Assembly (NCBI GenBank): GCA_009377435.1
Contig: WHUC01000001.1
Span: forward strand, 200-64,199
DNA from: Acidimicrobiia bacterium
GTDB taxonomy: Bacteria; Actinomycetota; Acidimicrobiia; Spongiisociales; ZC4RG35
Direction: 5' to 3'
Length of the DNA stretch: 64,000 bases
A program made the translations under genes and the position numbers. Position 1 is the stretch's first letter, and each line of letters begins with the position of its first letter. Below are positions 9,045 to 20,590 of the stretch, one piece after another. Under the pieces are notes generated by a model. That model did not search any database. It saw only the letters and a program-made list of their open reading frames with translations, and had not been told where the DNA came from.

Positions 9045-11054
9045 ATTCCCGAGTTTCGTGTTCATTCCGAGTTTCGCCCGTCCGGTGACCAACCCGCTGC
9101 CATCGAGGCGTTGTCCCGTGGGATAAACGGCGGCGACCGGTTCCAGACCCTCCTCGGCATCACCGGATCGGGGAAGTCGGCGACGGTGGCGTGGACCATC
9201 GAGCAGGTGCAGAAGCCAACCCTGGTCCTGGCACCGAACAAGGCCCTCGCCGCCCAGCTGGCCAATGAGTATCGGCAGTTCTTCCCCGAGAACCGGACCG
9301 AGTACTTCGTCAGCTACTACGACTACTACCAGCCCGAGGCGTACATCCCGCAGACGGACACCTTCATCGAGAAGGACGCCACCATCAACGACGAGATCGA
9401 CCGGCTCCGTCACGCCGCCACCTCGGCCCTGTTGGTCCGTAACGACGTGATCATCGTCGCCTCGGTATCGGCGATCTACGGTCTGGGTTCGCCGGAGCAG
9501 TATAAGGGTCAGCTCCTCCGCCTGGTCCGTGGTGTCGAGTACCCCATGGGCGACGCCCTGCGTCGTCTCGTCGACATCCAGTACGAGCGCAACGAGGTCA
9601 ATCTGATCCGGGGGAAGTTCCGGGTAAAGGGGGACACCCTCGAGATCTTCCCCTCCTACACCGAGACCATCCTCCGCATCGAGTTCTGGGGCGACGAGGT
9701 GGAGCGGATCCTCCAGATGGACCCGATCACCGGCGAGGTGATGGAAGAGCTGTCGGAGGCGTTCATCTTCCCGGCGACCCACTACGTTACCGAGAAGGAG
9801 CGCATGCTCATCGCCGTGGGGAAGATCGAAGACGAGCTCACCGACCAGTTGGCGCTGATGGAGCGCAAGGGGAAGCTCCTCGAGGCGCAACGGCTCCGGA
9901 TGCGCACCAACTACGACCTGGAGATGATGCGGGAGATCGGGTTCTGCTCCGGTATCGAGAACTACTCACGTCATCTCGATGGCCGCCGGCCGGGGGAGGC
10001 CCCCTACACACTCCTCGACTACTTCCCCGACGACTATCTCACCATCATCGACGAGTCCCATGTCACCATTCCCCAGATCGGGGGTCAGTACCAAGGCGAC
10101 CGTTCTCGCAAGGACGTCCTCGTCGAACACGGCTTCCGTCTTCCCTCGGCGATGGACAACCGCCCCCTCCGCTTCGACGAGTGGCTGGATCGGTCCAACC
10201 AGGTCGTCTTCCTCTCCGCCACTCCCGGTCCCTTCGAGCTGGAGCACTCCACCGCCGTGGTGGAACAGATCGCCCGACCCACGGGATTGGTCGATCCCGA
10301 GGTGGTCGTCCGACCCACCAAGGGTCAGATCGACGACCTCCTCGCCGAGATCCGCAGCCGAGCCGAGGCGGAGACCCGGGTGCTCGTCACCACCCTCACC
10401 AAGAAGATGGCGGAGGATCTCACCGACTATCTCCTTGAGATGGGGGTACGGGCGCGATACCTCCACTCCGAGATCGACACGCTGGAACGAGTCCAGATCC
10501 TGCGCGAGCTGCGACTGGGTGACTTCGATGTCCTGGTGGGGATCAACCTCCTCCGTGAGGGGCTCGATCTCCCCGAGGTCTCCCTGGTGGCCATCCTCGA
10601 TGCCGACAAGGAGGGATTTCTCCGCTCGGACACATCGCTCATCCAGATCATCGGACGGGCGGCGAGACACGTCGACGGACAGGTCATCATGTACGCCGAC
10701 AGCGTGACCCGGTCCATGCAGCACGCCCTCAACGAGACCAACCGACGGCGTCGGCTCCAACTCGAGTTCAACGAGGAGCACGGGATCGATCCCCAGTCGG
10801 TCCGCAAGGGGGTCTCCGACATCCTCGAGCTCATCCAGTCGCCGACCACCCCCGGTGACCGGCGTCGTCGTGACACCGAGCGACGGGCCCCGATCGAGCT
10901 CGAGGGTGAGGATCTCTCCCGTCTGGTGCTGTCATTGGAGGAGGAGATGCACGAGGCGGCGAAGGAGCTCCGCTTCGAGTACGCCGCCCGTCTCCGCGAC
11001 GAGATCAACGAACTGAAACGGGACCTCAAGGAAGCCGGTCAAGCCGCCGGCTAA
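9045..11054 (+). CDS. uvrB: excinuclease ABC subunit B
   Basis: Conserved N-terminus [20 protein letters not shown], Walker [17 protein letters not shown], helicase motifs, and the C-terminal UvrB/UvrC interaction region. No ATG/GTG/TTG lies upstream of the conserved motif. An in-frame ATT at 9045 is preceded by GGAGG with a 5-nt spacer. The first canonical start is TTG at 9111. Confidence 0.85.
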   Translation: MPEFRVHSEFRPSGDQPAAIEALSRGINGGDRFQTLLGITGSGKSATVAWTIEQVQKPTLVLAPNKALAAQLANEYRQFFPENRTEYFVSYYDYYQPEAYIPQTDTFIEKDATINDEIDRLRHAATSALLVRNDVIIVASVSAIYGLGSPEQYKGQLLRLVRGVEYPMGDALRRLVDIQYERNEVNLIRGKFRVKGDTLEIFPSYTETILRIEFWGDEVERILQMDPITGEVMEELSEAFIFPATHYVTEKERMLIAVGKIEDELTDQLALMERKGKLLEAQRLRMRTNYDLEMMREIGFCSGIENYSRHLDGRRPGEAPYTLLDYFPDDYLTIIDESHVTIPQIGGQYQGDRSRKDVLVEHGFRLPSAMDNRPLRFDEWLDRSNQVVFLSATPGPFELEHSTAVVEQIARPTGLVDPEVVVRPTKGQIDDLLAEIRSRAEAETRVLVTTLTKKMAEDLTDYLLEMGVRARYLHSEIDTLERVQILRELRLGDFDVLVGINLLREGLDLPEVSLVAILDADKEGFLRSDTSLIQIIGRAARHVDGQVIMYADSVTRSMQHALNETNRRRRLQLEFNEEHGIDPQSVRKGVSDILELIQSPTTPGDRRRRDTERRAPIELEGEDLSRLVLSLEEEMHEAAKELRFEYAARLRDEINELKRDLKEAGQAAG

Positions 11055-11140
11055 CCCGGTGAGTCCGGGGTGCTGAGCTCGAGCGTGTTCTGGCTTTCAC
11101 TGGGTGTAACCATGTGCACACTCGACGGTGGTGAAGTTGC

Positions 11141-11169
11141 TTGACGAGGTATCGGGTGGTTCGTATAGT
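11141..11169 (+). promoter_or_regulatory. sigma-70-like promoter (TTGACG, 17 nt spacer, TATAGT)
   Basis: -35 TTGACG at 11141-11146 and -10 TATAGT at 11164-11169, with an exact 17-nt spacer. Lies 170 nt upstream of the ABC substrate-binding gene. Confidence 0.5.
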
Positions 11170-11173
11170 CGCC

Positions 11174-11189
11174 ATTGGAACGTTCCAAT
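11174..11189. promoter_or_regulatory. perfect 16-bp palindrome ATTGGAACGTTCCAAT overlapping the predicted transcription start (putative repressor operator)
   Basis: Exact inverted repeat immediately downstream of the -10 element. CG-centred, LacI/ROK-operator-like. Confidence 0.45.
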
Positions 11190-11336
11190 TCGTGGCACAG
11201 CCGGGGAGAGGGTCCGTGGGATCCACCGTCCGACCGTGGCGGAATGGAGCGACAGACACCGAACAACCAGCGTAGGGTTCGGAGGTAGATGGGACGCACC
11301 GCCACCGGGCGTGCCACCGAGGACCCATAGGAGGAG

Positions 11337-12413
11337 ATGAAGATGAGTCGTATCCGGCTGCTGATCGCCCTGATTGCCGCTCTTGCGATGACACTCGCCG
11401 CTTGCACGTCCGTCGATGAGCCCACGGCGGAGGGCCCGGCCGATACCGCCGTCGAGACGACCGCTGCCGAGGCCACCGGCGATACCGCCGACACGGAGGG
11501 CGCCACGACCGTCGCCGCGGGTGAGGGTGACGCCGTGGCGGAGCGCGACTTCCGCTTCGTGGTGGTCAGCCACGGCCAGTCCGGCGATCCCTTCTGGTCG
11601 GTGGCCGCCAACGGTGTCAACGCCGCCGCCCAGGACATGGGGGTCGAGGTCGAGTACCAGGCCCCGGGCACCTTCGACATGGTGGCCATGGGCCAGATCA
11701 TCGACGCCGCGGTGGCCTCCCAGCCCGACGGCCTGGTGGTGACGATCCCTGACGCCGAGGCGTTGAGTGGTCCCATCACCGCCGCGGTCGAGGCCGGTAT
11801 TCCCGTCGTGTCGATGAACTCGGGGTCGGATTCGTTCGCGGAGCTGGGTGTCCTCGCCCATGTCGGCCAGACCGAGTTCGAGGCGGGCCTGCTCGCTGGG
11901 CAGGAGATGGCCGAGTCCGGTGTCACCAATGCCCTCTGTATCAACCAGGAGGTGGGGAACGCCGCCCTCGATTCCCGTTGTGAGGGCTTCACCGAGGGTC
12001 TCGGCGGCACCGTCGAGGTGCTCCCCGTCGAGCTCGCCGATCCTGCCGGCACCCAGTCGTCGGTCTCGGGAGCACTGACCGACGAGGTCAACGGCGTCCT
12101 CGCCCTCGGACCCACCGGCGCCCTCCCCGCGCTCGAGGCGGTCCGGGATAGTGGACGTGACGATGTCAACCTCGCCACCTTCGACCTCGCACCCGAGGTG
12201 CTCGAGGCCATCGTCGACGGCGAGATGTCGTTCGCAATCGACCAGGCCCAGTATCTCCAGGGGTACCTCCCCATCGTCTATCTCACCCAGTATCTGGAGA
12301 CGGGTGCCATCCCCCTCGGCTCTGTTACCGGCGTGACCATGACGGGACCCCAGATCGTGACCGCCGACACCGCCGCCGACGTGATCGAGGCCGCGGAACG
12401 GGGAGTTCGCTAG
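11337..12413 (+). CDS. sugar ABC transporter substrate-binding lipoprotein (periplasmic binding protein type I)
   Basis: Signal peptide with lipobox LAAC. Type I PBP fold signatures ([21 protein letters not shown]). RBS ggaggag. Confidence 0.85.
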   Translation: MKMSRIRLLIALIAALAMTLAACTSVDEPTAEGPADTAVETTAAEATGDTADTEGATTVAAGEGDAVAERDFRFVVVSHGQSGDPFWSVAANGVNAAAQDMGVEVEYQAPGTFDMVAMGQIIDAAVASQPDGLVVTIPDAEALSGPITAAVEAGIPVVSMNSGSDSFAELGVLAHVGQTEFEAGLLAGQEMAESGVTNALCINQEVGNAALDSRCEGFTEGLGGTVEVLPVELADPAGTQSSVSGALTDEVNGVLALGPTGALPALEAVRDSGRDDVNLATFDLAPEVLEAIVDGEMSFAIDQAQYLQGYLPIVYLTQYLETGAIPLGSVTGVTMTGPQIVTADTAADVIEAAERGVR

Positions 12414-12429
12414 CCCAACGGAGTCGCCC

Positions 12430-13518
12430 TTGACGGAGACAGACCGCAAAGAGGTCGAAGAGACCCGCCAGGAAGCCGCACCCGCCGACGAGCGGGTGCG
12501 GCAGGTCGGTCTCGGGGCGCGGCTCGCCGGCAAGCCCGCCATCGGGGCCGTCCTCGCCGTCATCATCGTGTGGGTTCTCTTCGCCGTGGTGGCGTTCGAC
12601 AACAACTTCGTCAGCATGGCCACGACGGCTGCAATCCTCAACCGGGCCGCACCACTGGGAATCCTCGCCGTTGCCGTGGCGCTCCTCATGATCGGCGGAG
12701 AGTTCGATCTCTCGGTGGGATCGGTCCTCGGGTTCAGCGGGATGGCGATCATGGTGCTGGTCTCGCCGTCGGCGGCGGGTGGTTTGGCCCTGCCCCTGGG
12801 ATTGGCGCTCTTAATCGCACTGGGTCTCGCTGTCCTCGCCGGCTTTCTCAACGGGGTCCTCGTCCAGACCACGAAGCTGCCCTCGTTTATCATCACCCTC
12901 GGTGGTCTGTTCGTGTTCCGTGGCCTGGCGATCGCGATCCCCAGGACCATGACCAACCGCACCCAGCTGGGTGGGTTCGACGACATACCCGGCTCCGGGG
13001 CGGTCACGGACGTATTCGGGGCTTCGATAGGTCTCGGTGGCGCCAACTTCGATATCTCCATCCTGTGGTGGGTGGCGTTCGCGGTGTCTGCCGCCCTCGT
13101 CCTCGGCCGCACCAGGTTCGGAAACTGGATCTTCGGTGTCGGAGGCGACCAGGACGCCTCTCGCAACGTTGGCGTGCCCGTGAGCGGACTCAAGGTGGCC
13201 CTTTTCATCTTCACCGCCTTCGCCGCCTTCTCCGTGGCGTTGATTCAGGTGTCAGGCACGGGGACCGCCGATTCACTCCGGGGCACCCTCATCGAATTGC
13301 AGGCCATCATTGCCGCCGTGGTCGGGGGCGTCCTCCTCACCGGTGGATACGGCTCGGTGGTCGGCGCCGCCCTGGGGGCCCTCGTGTTCTCCATGGTGCA
13401 GCAGGGCATCATCGTCACCGGGATCGACGGTGACTGGTTCCAGGTGTTCGTGGGGGGGATCCTGGTGCTCGCCGTGATCTTCAACAATGCCATCCGCAAG
13501 CGGGCGCAGAGGCGATGA
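12430..13518 (+). CDS. sugar ABC transporter permease (RbsC/XylH-like)
   Basis: 362 aa polytopic membrane protein, CUT2-type permease. Confidence 0.85.
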   Translation: MTETDRKEVEETRQEAAPADERVRQVGLGARLAGKPAIGAVLAVIIVWVLFAVVAFDNNFVSMATTAAILNRAAPLGILAVAVALLMIGGEFDLSVGSVLGFSGMAIMVLVSPSAAGGLALPLGLALLIALGLAVLAGFLNGVLVQTTKLPSFIITLGGLFVFRGLAIAIPRTMTNRTQLGGFDDIPGSGAVTDVFGASIGLGGANFDISILWWVAFAVSAALVLGRTRFGNWIFGVGGDQDASRNVGVPVSGLKVALFIFTAFAAFSVALIQVSGTGTADSLRGTLIELQAIIAAVVGGVLLTGGYGSVVGAALGALVFSMVQQGIIVTGIDGDWFQVFVGGILVLAVIFNNAIRKRAQRR

Positions 13519-13521
13519 GTC

Positions 13522-14394
13522 ATGAGTGACACGGCAACCTTGACCGATGGCAGGCTCCTCGAGGTGCGCGACCTCAGCAAGTACTTCGGTAACGTCATCG
13601 CCCTCCAGGACGTTTCCATGTTCGTCCGCCCCGGTGAGGTGACCTGCCTCCTCGGAGACAACGGTGCCGGTAAGTCCACCCTCATCAAGACCCTCTCCGG
13701 CGTCCACAAGCCCAGCGCCGGCGAGTACTTGTTCGAAGGTGAATTGGTTGAGTTCAACTCACCCCGGGAAGCACTTGCCATGGGTATCGCCACCGTCTAC
13801 CAGGACCTGGCGATGATCCCCCTCATGTCGATCTGGAGGAACTTCTTCCTCGGATCGGAGCCCACCAAGGGAGTGCCGCCGATCCGACGCTTCGACATCG
13901 ACCACGCCAAGGATGTCACCCGGGAGGAGATGGCCAAGATGGGGATCGACATCCGCGACCCCGACCAGCCGGTGGGAACCCTGTCGGGTGGCGAGCGCCA
14001 GTCGGTGGCCATCGCCCGTGCCGTCTACTTCGGGGCGAGGGTGCTCATTCTCGACGAGCCGACCGCGTCCCTCGGCGTCAAACAGGCCGGTGTCGTCCTC
14101 AAGTACATCCTCCAGGCGAAGAAGCGGGGGATCGGGGTGATCTTCATCACCCACAACCCCCACCATGCCTACCCGGTGGGGGACCACTTCGTCATCCTGA
14201 GACGGGGTCAGGTGTCCGGGGATTACACCAAGGAGGAGATCCCCCTCGAGCAGTTGGTCTCGATGATGGCCGGGGGCGCCGATTTGGAGGCACTCAGCCA
14301 TGAGTTGCAGTCGGCCGCGGTGGAGGAGCACGACGAGGCCCTGGCCGCGCTCGCCCACGACGTCGAAGAGGTGGGGGGAGACCACCGCGAGTAG
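13522..14394 (+). CDS. ABC transporter ATP-binding protein
   Basis: Walker [10 protein letters not shown], signature LSGGERQ, Walker [11 protein letters not shown] single nucleotide-binding domain. Confidence 0.85.
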   Translation: MSDTATLTDGRLLEVRDLSKYFGNVIALQDVSMFVRPGEVTCLLGDNGAGKSTLIKTLSGVHKPSAGEYLFEGELVEFNSPREALAMGIATVYQDLAMIPLMSIWRNFFLGSEPTKGVPPIRRFDIDHAKDVTREEMAKMGIDIRDPDQPVGTLSGGERQSVAIARAVYFGARVLILDEPTASLGVKQAGVVLKYILQAKKRGIGVIFITHNPHHAYPVGDHFVILRRGQVSGDYTKEEIPLEQLVSMMAGGADLEALSHELQSAAVEEHDEALAALAHDVEEVGGDHRE

Positions 14395-14416
14395 TCGGGC
14401 GGGTACCGTCTCCTCG

Positions 14417-16156
14417 GTGTTCCGCTTCGACGATCTCCGCCCGGGACGACGCAACTCGTTCTCGCTTCCCCAACCGATACGGGTCCACCAGACCCATCGT
14501 CGCGAGGGCGTCGTCGACATCCTCGACACCATCGAGGACGAGGTGCGATCGGGTCATTGGGTGGCGGGCTTCGTCACCTACGAGGCCGCACCCGGCTTCG
14601 ACGCCGCCCTCACGGTGAGACCGACCCCGGGCACTTCCATCGCCGATCTCCCGTTGGCCTGGTTCGGGTCGTTCCCGGGTCGAGGCCCGGCGCCGCCCCT
14701 GCGTCACGTCAGCGATGTGAGACCCCGCTGGGAGTCGACGACCGACCCGGTCGAGCACGCCGCCGCCGTCGAGACGATACATGGGGCGATCCGGGCGGGT
14801 GAGACCTACCAGGTAAATCTGACCCATCGTCTCCACACGGTGATGGACGACGACGTCGAGTCCTTCTACGGCACCCTGGTCCGCTCCCAGTCGGGCGGCT
14901 ACGGCGCCCTCATCGACACCGGGCGGTGGGTGGTGGCATCGGCGTCCCCCGAGCTGTTCTTCGAGTGGGAGCACGGTCGGATAACCACGAGACCCATGAA
15001 GGGGACGATCGTCCGTGGTGTCAGCACAGAGACCGACATCGCCAACCGCGACACCCTCCTGGCCTCGGAGAAGGACCGGGCCGAGAATCTGATGATCGTC
15101 GACATGGTCCGCAACGACCTGGGCCGGATCGCCCGGACGGGAACCGTCGACGTGCCGGCGTTGTTCACCGCGGAGAAGTACGACACCGTCTGGCAGATGA
15201 CCTCCACCGTCCAAGCCCAGCCCCGCCACGACGTCATTCTTTCCGACGTGTTCGGCGCCCTGTTCCCGTCGGCTTCGATCACCGGCGCCCCCAAGATCGC
15301 CACGACTCGCATAATCGCCGATCTCGAGACCACCCCACGCGGTGTCTACTGCGGGGCGATCGGCTTCGGTGGGCCGAGCGCCGGTGGGCCGGTGTGGGCC
15401 TTCAACGTGGCCATCAGGACGGTGCTCTACGACCGTGACAGCGGCATCGCCCTCTACGGCACCGGTGGTGGGATCACCATCGACTCCGACGCCTCCGCCG
15501 AGTACGCCGAGTCGGGGTGGAAGATGGCCGTCCTCACCCACACCGCCGACTTCTCCCTACTGGAGACGATGAGGTCGGAGCCGGGTGGGATTCGTCTTCT
15601 CGATCGTCATCTCGCTCGGCTCGTCCGGTCGGCCGACTATTTCGACATACCGCTCGACCCGGGGGCGGTGAGGGAGGCCCTCGACACGATCGGGGAGCCG
15701 GGTCGGGTCCGGCTCACGGTGGATCGCACCGGTGCCGTCGGGTTCACCATCTCGGCGGTACCGCCACCATTGTCGAAGCCGCGGGTCGTCGTCGATGATA
15801 TGCCTGTAAGCAGGTCGGACCCGTTTCTCCATCACAAGACCACCAACCGGACGGTCTACGAGCGGGCGATCGCCCGTCACCCCGACGCCGACGACGTGAT
15901 CCTCATTAACGAGGAGGGTCGTCTCACCGAGACGACCATCGCCAATCTGGTGGTCGAGATCGACGGTGTTTGGTACACCCCGCCCCTCGATGACGGTTGT
16001 CTGGCCGGGGTGATGCGGGCCGAGCTGATCGACACCGGTGAGGTCGAGGAACGTTCCCTCACCGAGGGGGACCTGGCACGAGCCACCGGTATCGCCCGGG
16101 TCAATTCCCTCAGGGGTTGGGAGACAATGGTCCTCACCTCTGACCCCAGTCCCTGA
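14417..16156 (+). CDS. pabB: aminodeoxychorismate synthase component I fused to aminodeoxychorismate lyase (class IV aminotransferase fold)
   Basis: Chorismate-binding domain ([28 protein letters not shown]). C-terminal ~200 aa show a class IV aminotransferase/ADC-lyase fold. A GTG at 14417 is preferred over the ATG at 14300, which would overlap the upstream ATPase by 95 nt. Confidence 0.8.
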   Translation: MFRFDDLRPGRRNSFSLPQPIRVHQTHRREGVVDILDTIEDEVRSGHWVAGFVTYEAAPGFDAALTVRPTPGTSIADLPLAWFGSFPGRGPAPPLRHVSDVRPRWESTTDPVEHAAAVETIHGAIRAGETYQVNLTHRLHTVMDDDVESFYGTLVRSQSGGYGALIDTGRWVVASASPELFFEWEHGRITTRPMKGTIVRGVSTETDIANRDTLLASEKDRAENLMIVDMVRNDLGRIARTGTVDVPALFTAEKYDTVWQMTSTVQAQPRHDVILSDVFGALFPSASITGAPKIATTRIIADLETTPRGVYCGAIGFGGPSAGGPVWAFNVAIRTVLYDRDSGIALYGTGGGITIDSDASAEYAESGWKMAVLTHTADFSLLETMRSEPGGIRLLDRHLARLVRSADYFDIPLDPGAVREALDTIGEPGRVRLTVDRTGAVGFTISAVPPPLSKPRVVVDDMPVSRSDPFLHHKTTNRTVYERAIARHPDADDVILINEEGRLTETTIANLVVEIDGVWYTPPLDDGCLAGVMRAELIDTGEVEERSLTEGDLARATGIARVNSLRGWETMVLTSDPSP

Positions 16157-16256
16157 TCATCTCCAGCGTCTCTGGGGCGGGACGGTCGGTCGGGCCGAGC
16201 CAGGGCTCAAACTCACGGAAATCGTCACCCTCAGCCCAGGGTTGGGGGATGCAGAT

Positions 16257-19121
16257 ATGTCGGGGGGTGAAACTACAGTGGTGTTGTCCGCTGCCACGGG
16301 TTGGTTCGTGTCCGAAATCGTGATCCGCGGGGCCAGGGAGCACAACCTCAAGGATCTCACGCTCACCCTGCCCCGAGACAAGCTCATCGTCTTCACCGGC
16401 ATCTCCGGCTCCGGCAAGTCGTCGCTCGCCTTCGACACCATCTATGCCGAGGGCCAGCGGCGCTATGTCGAGTCCCTCTCGGCGTATGCCCGCCAGTTCC
16501 TCGGCCAGATGGAGAAGCCCGACGTCGAGCATATCGACGGTCTCTCACCGGCCATCTCCATCGACCAGAAGACGGCGAGCCGCAACCCCCGCTCCACGGT
16601 GGGCACCGTCACCGAGATCTGGGACTATCTCCGGCTCCTCTACGCCCGCATCGGCATTCCCCACTGTCCTAATGACGGTCTCGAGGTGAAGCGCCAGACC
16701 GCCCAGCAGATCGTCGACCAGATCCTCGAACTCGAAGAGGGCACCCGTTTCCAGGTGCTCGCCCCCGTGGTCCGAGGACGCAAGGGGGAGTACGAGCAGC
16801 TCCTCAAGGACCTCGCCAAGGACGGTTTCGCCCGGGCCCGCATCGACGGCGAGGTGCGCGACCTCACCGAGGAGATCCGTCTCGACCGCTACTACCAGCA
16901 CACCATCGAGGTGGTGGTCGACCGTCTCGTCAGCAAGGAGGGCATCGACCAGCGTCTCACCCAGTCGTTGGAGACCGCCCTCGAGCTCGCCGATGGCACC
17001 GTCGAGATCGACATCATCGATGGGGACGTCCTCAGCTTCTCCCAGCATCTCGCCTGTCCCAACGGCGACTTCTCCTTCGAGGAGCTCCAGCCCCGCAACT
17101 TCTCGTTCAACAGCCCCTACGGCGCATGCCCGGCGTGTAATGGGCTGGGGACCCGCCACCAGGTCGATCCCGGTCTGGTCATCCCCGACCCCGAACGCTC
17201 CCTCTCCGAGGGTGCCGTCGCCATGTGGGGTGGCAACCGGAGCCGGTATCACCAGCGGGTGGTGGCCGCCGTCGCCGAGAGCCACGCCTTCGACATGGAG
17301 ACACCGTGGGAGGATCTCGGCGAGGACATCCAGAAGATGATCCTCGAGGGGAGTGGCGACGAGACCTACCACGTCACCTACACCAACCGTTTCGGTCGCC
17401 GGCGCCGCTATGACACCACCTTCGAGGGGGCGATGCCGTTCCTGTTGCGTCGTCACGAGAACGCCGACTCCGATTCCGCCCGTCGCTACTACGAGGAGTA
17501 CATGGCGGAGGTGCCCTGCGATGTATGTGGGGGTGGCCGGCTCAACGATGTAGCCCTGGCCGTCACCGTGGCCGGACACAACATCGCCGCCATCGCCGAC
17601 CGGTCACTGGCTGACGCCATGGAGACCCTGGGCGCCCTTGAGCTCTCCGACCGGGACGCCACCATCGCCCTCCAGATCCTCAAAGAGATCACGGCCCGTA
17701 TCGGCTTCCTTCTCGATGTCGGCCTCGACTACCTCACCCTGAGCCGGTCGGCTGCGACCCTCGCCGGGGGAGAGGCGCAACGCATTCGCCTCGCCACCCA
17801 GATCGGCTCCGGTCTCGTCGGGGTCCTCTACATCCTCGACGAGCCCTCCATCGGTCTCCACCAGAGGGACAACCAGCGTCTCATCGAGACCCTTATCCGG
17901 TTGCGTGACCTGGGCAACACCCTCATCGTCGTCGAGCACGACGAGGACACGATGCGCACCGCCGATCACATCGTCGACATCGGGCCGGGTGCCGGTGAGC
18001 ACGGCGGTGAGATCGTGGCCGAGGGTGACCTCGAGGCGATCTGCGCCGCCGAGAACTCACTGACCGGCGACTACATGAGTGGTCGCCGCCGTATTGAGAT
18101 CCCCGAGGTCCGCCGCAAGGGCAGCGGGGAGACCCTGTCCGTGATCGGGGCCACCGAGAACAACCTCACCGACATCGACGTCCATTTTCCCCTGGGCACC
18201 TTCACCGCGGTGACCGGGGTGTCAGGGTCGGGGAAGTCAACCCTGGTGGAGGAGGTCCTCTCCAAGGCACTACGTCAGCAGCTCAACCGCGCCCGCTCCG
18301 TCCCCGGACGACATCGGCGTGTCGAGGGCGCGGAGCACATCGACAAGCTCATCGACATCGACCAGTCGCCCATCGGCCGCACCCCGCGGAGCAACCCCGC
18401 CACGTACTCGGGTGTGTTCGACCACATCCGGGCCCTGTTCGCCTCGACACCGGAATCCCGGGCCCGTGGCTACAAACCAGGACGGTTCTCCTTCAATGTC
18501 AAGGGTGGGCGATGCGAGGCCTGCTCCGGTGACGGGACCATCAAGATCGAGATGCACTTCCTCCCCGACGTCTACGTCCTATGCGAGGTGTGTGGTGGTA
18601 AGCGGTACAACCGTGACACCCTCGACATCACCTGGAAGGGCCACACCATCTCCGATGTCCTCCGCATGTCGGTCGACGAGGCCCTCGATGTGTTCTCCAA
18701 CCAGCCCAAGATCGTCCGCATCCTCCAGACCCTCCATGACGTCGGTCTCACCTACGTCCGCCTCGGCCAACCGGCCACCACCCTCTCCGGTGGCGAGGCG
18801 CAACGCATCAAGCTGGCGTCGGAGTTGGGGCGCCGATCCACGGGGCGCACCTTCTACATCCTCGACGAGCCCACCACCGGTCTCCACTTCGACGACATCC
18901 GCAAACTCCTCAATGTCCTCCACCGTCTCGTCGACTCCGGCAACACCGTCATAGTGATCGAACACAACCTCGACGTCATCAAGTCGGTCGACCACATCAT
19001 CGATCTCGGCCCCGAGGGAGGCTTCGCCGGGGGCGCCGTCGTCGTCACCGGCACACCCGAGGAGGTCGCCGAGATGTCCGAGAGCTACACCGGCAAGTTT
19101 CTCCGTGAGGTCGTCGGGTGA
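16257..19121 (+). CDS. uvrA: excinuclease ABC subunit A
   Basis: [44 protein letters not shown], two ABC modules, and zinc-finger cysteines. 955 aa from the ATG at 16257. Confidence 0.95.
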   Translation: MSGGETTVVLSAATGWFVSEIVIRGAREHNLKDLTLTLPRDKLIVFTGISGSGKSSLAFDTIYAEGQRRYVESLSAYARQFLGQMEKPDVEHIDGLSPAISIDQKTASRNPRSTVGTVTEIWDYLRLLYARIGIPHCPNDGLEVKRQTAQQIVDQILELEEGTRFQVLAPVVRGRKGEYEQLLKDLAKDGFARARIDGEVRDLTEEIRLDRYYQHTIEVVVDRLVSKEGIDQRLTQSLETALELADGTVEIDIIDGDVLSFSQHLACPNGDFSFEELQPRNFSFNSPYGACPACNGLGTRHQVDPGLVIPDPERSLSEGAVAMWGGNRSRYHQRVVAAVAESHAFDMETPWEDLGEDIQKMILEGSGDETYHVTYTNRFGRRRRYDTTFEGAMPFLLRRHENADSDSARRYYEEYMAEVPCDVCGGGRLNDVALAVTVAGHNIAAIADRSLADAMETLGALELSDRDATIALQILKEITARIGFLLDVGLDYLTLSRSAATLAGGEAQRIRLATQIGSGLVGVLYILDEPSIGLHQRDNQRLIETLIRLRDLGNTLIVVEHDEDTMRTADHIVDIGPGAGEHGGEIVAEGDLEAICAAENSLTGDYMSGRRRIEIPEVRRKGSGETLSVIGATENNLTDIDVHFPLGTFTAVTGVSGSGKSTLVEEVLSKALRQQLNRARSVPGRHRRVEGAEHIDKLIDIDQSPIGRTPRSNPATYSGVFDHIRALFASTPESRARGYKPGRFSFNVKGGRCEACSGDGTIKIEMHFLPDVYVLCEVCGGKRYNRDTLDITWKGHTISDVLRMSVDEALDVFSNQPKIVRILQTLHDVGLTYVRLGQPATTLSGGEAQRIKLASELGRRSTGRTFYILDEPTTGLHFDDIRKLLNVLHRLVDSGNTVIVIEHNLDVIKSVDHIIDLGPEGGFAGGAVVVTGTPEEVAEMSESYTGKFLREVVG

Positions 19122-19222
19122 TCAGCGGGTTAACACAACGCGAAAACAAATCAGCGTTTCGACTTTACAGACCCGTCTGATCCGTTATTGTTCTTCATGG
19201 AAGCGATTCGTCGCTTCTCGAA

Positions 19223-19257
19223 CCGCCCAGCGGCCCTAGCGGTCACTGGGCGGTTTT
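19223..19257 (+). terminator. rho-independent terminator after uvrA
   Basis: CCGCCCAG-(15 nt loop)-CTGGGCGG followed by TTTT. Confidence 0.5.
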
Positions 19258-19363
19258 CGTGGTTGTCCCCCCACGTAGTGGGGGGAAGGTACCTGCGAAG
19301 CAGGTAGGGGGGCAAAACAGAGGCTCCCGCTCCGGCCGCTACTCCGGGGCTACTCGATCGGTT

Positions 19364-19735
19364 CTAGCCCAAGGCCTGGGTGGCGGCCGCGGTGTCGTCG
19401 ACACCGAGGACGAGCCGGCCGTCACAACTCACGTAGACCAACTCGATGTTGGTGCCGGCATCGGCCACCCGCCCTGCCATCTCGCCCAGCTCGCCAGGCC
19501 GGTCGTCGAAACCGGCCGTCACCACCTCGGTCTCGGCCGACACCTCGATCCCGGCCCCTTCCAGGGCGGAACGGGCCGCGGGCGCATCATCCACCAGGAC
19601 GTGGATGACGCCCTGCCCGCCGCTGGATACCCCGCAGATCCCATCGATATTCACCCCGGCTCCGCCCAGGGCGCGCCCCATGGCGGCCAGTGTGCCCGGT
19701 TGGTGCCCCAACAGGACGGTCAAATCAGTAGCCAT
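19364..19735 (-). CDS. ACT-domain protein (tandem ACT-like repeats)
   Basis: 123 aa with two internally similar halves (GVNIDGICGVS.../GTNIELVYVSCDG...) typical of small ligand-binding ACT proteins. Confidence 0.65.
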   Translation of the reverse strand: MATDLTVLLGHQPGTLAAMGRALGGAGVNIDGICGVSSGGQGVIHVLVDDAPAARSALEGAGIEVSAETEVVTAGFDDRPGELGEMAGRVADAGTNIELVYVSCDGRLVLGVDDTAAATQALG

Positions 19736-19838
19736 TACGACTCCTTTCTACGCTGATTGCAGCACTTCGGAACCTACACCGATGCCGCGCCCGATGCACG
19801 GGGAACTTCGTCGCAGTGGGCGATGATACGGTTCCTCC

Positions 19839-20560
19839 ATGACCGATGAACCCGACTGGATCGCCCTCGCCGCCTGGTGGCGGGACGAGCTGGCGGGTGA
19901 CGACGCCTACGAGGGTGAGATCACACCCCTGATCCTCGATCTGCTCGGTGACCAGACCGGCAGCACCGTTCTCGATCTTGGGTGTGGTGAAGGGCGGATC
20001 ATGGCTGCTCTCTCGGCAACTGGCGCCCGACCCATCGGGCTCGAGGTGTCCGTGTCGCTCACTGTCGACGCCAGGGTGTATGGTCCCACCCTCGTGGCAC
20101 GGCTGCCCCGAATCCCGCTCGCCGACGACTCGGTGGACGCCGCCTTCACCGCGCTCGTCGTCGAGCACATAGCCGACCACGACACCTTCTTCGCCGAGAC
20201 GGCGCGAGTGGTGCGACCCGGGGGCGTCCTGGCCACCGTGATCAACCACCCGGTGTGGACCGCGCCCGGTTCGACCCCGATCCAGGAGCGGGACGGCGAG
20301 GTAACCTGGCGACCCGGGGAATACTTCTCGCGGGGCTGGTCGGACGAACCGGCGGGGGAAGGGGCGGTGCGCTTCTACCATCGGTCCATGGCCGATCTGC
20401 TCGGTTCGGCGGCGAGTGCCGCCTGGTGTCTCACCCGCATCGAGGAACGGGGCGCCACGGAATCCCAGATCCGGAACCATCCCGGCTTGGCCGGTCAGGA
20501 GCACTTCCCCCGTCTGCTCGCGGTGAGATGGGAGAACACCCAGACGGCTGGCACCCATGG
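19839..20560 (+). CDS. class I SAM-dependent methyltransferase
   Basis: Motif I VLDLGCGEG. The ORF formally runs to 20669, but the tail is non-homologous read-through into a junction with an SDR remnant. Confidence 0.7.
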
Positions 20561-20590
20561 ACGCCAGATCCAGTCTGGCTCTTACAACCC

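Noticed and set aside
9024-9890. 288-aa minus-strand ORF
   Set aside because: Antisense to uvrB in a high-GC sequence. No motifs, low-complexity composition. A frame artefact.
11097-13214. 705-aa minus-strand ORF
   Set aside because: Lies opposite three well-supported ABC transporter genes. Pro/Arg/Ala-rich GC-frame artefact.
14300-14416. ATG at 14300 as the pabB start
   Set aside because: Would overlap the upstream ATPase gene by 95 nt with non-conserved sequence. The GTG at 14417 is more plausible.
19259-19756. 165-aa ORF in the uvrA/ACT intergenic region
   Set aside because: Overlaps the hairpin cluster and the antisense of the ACT gene. No motifs.
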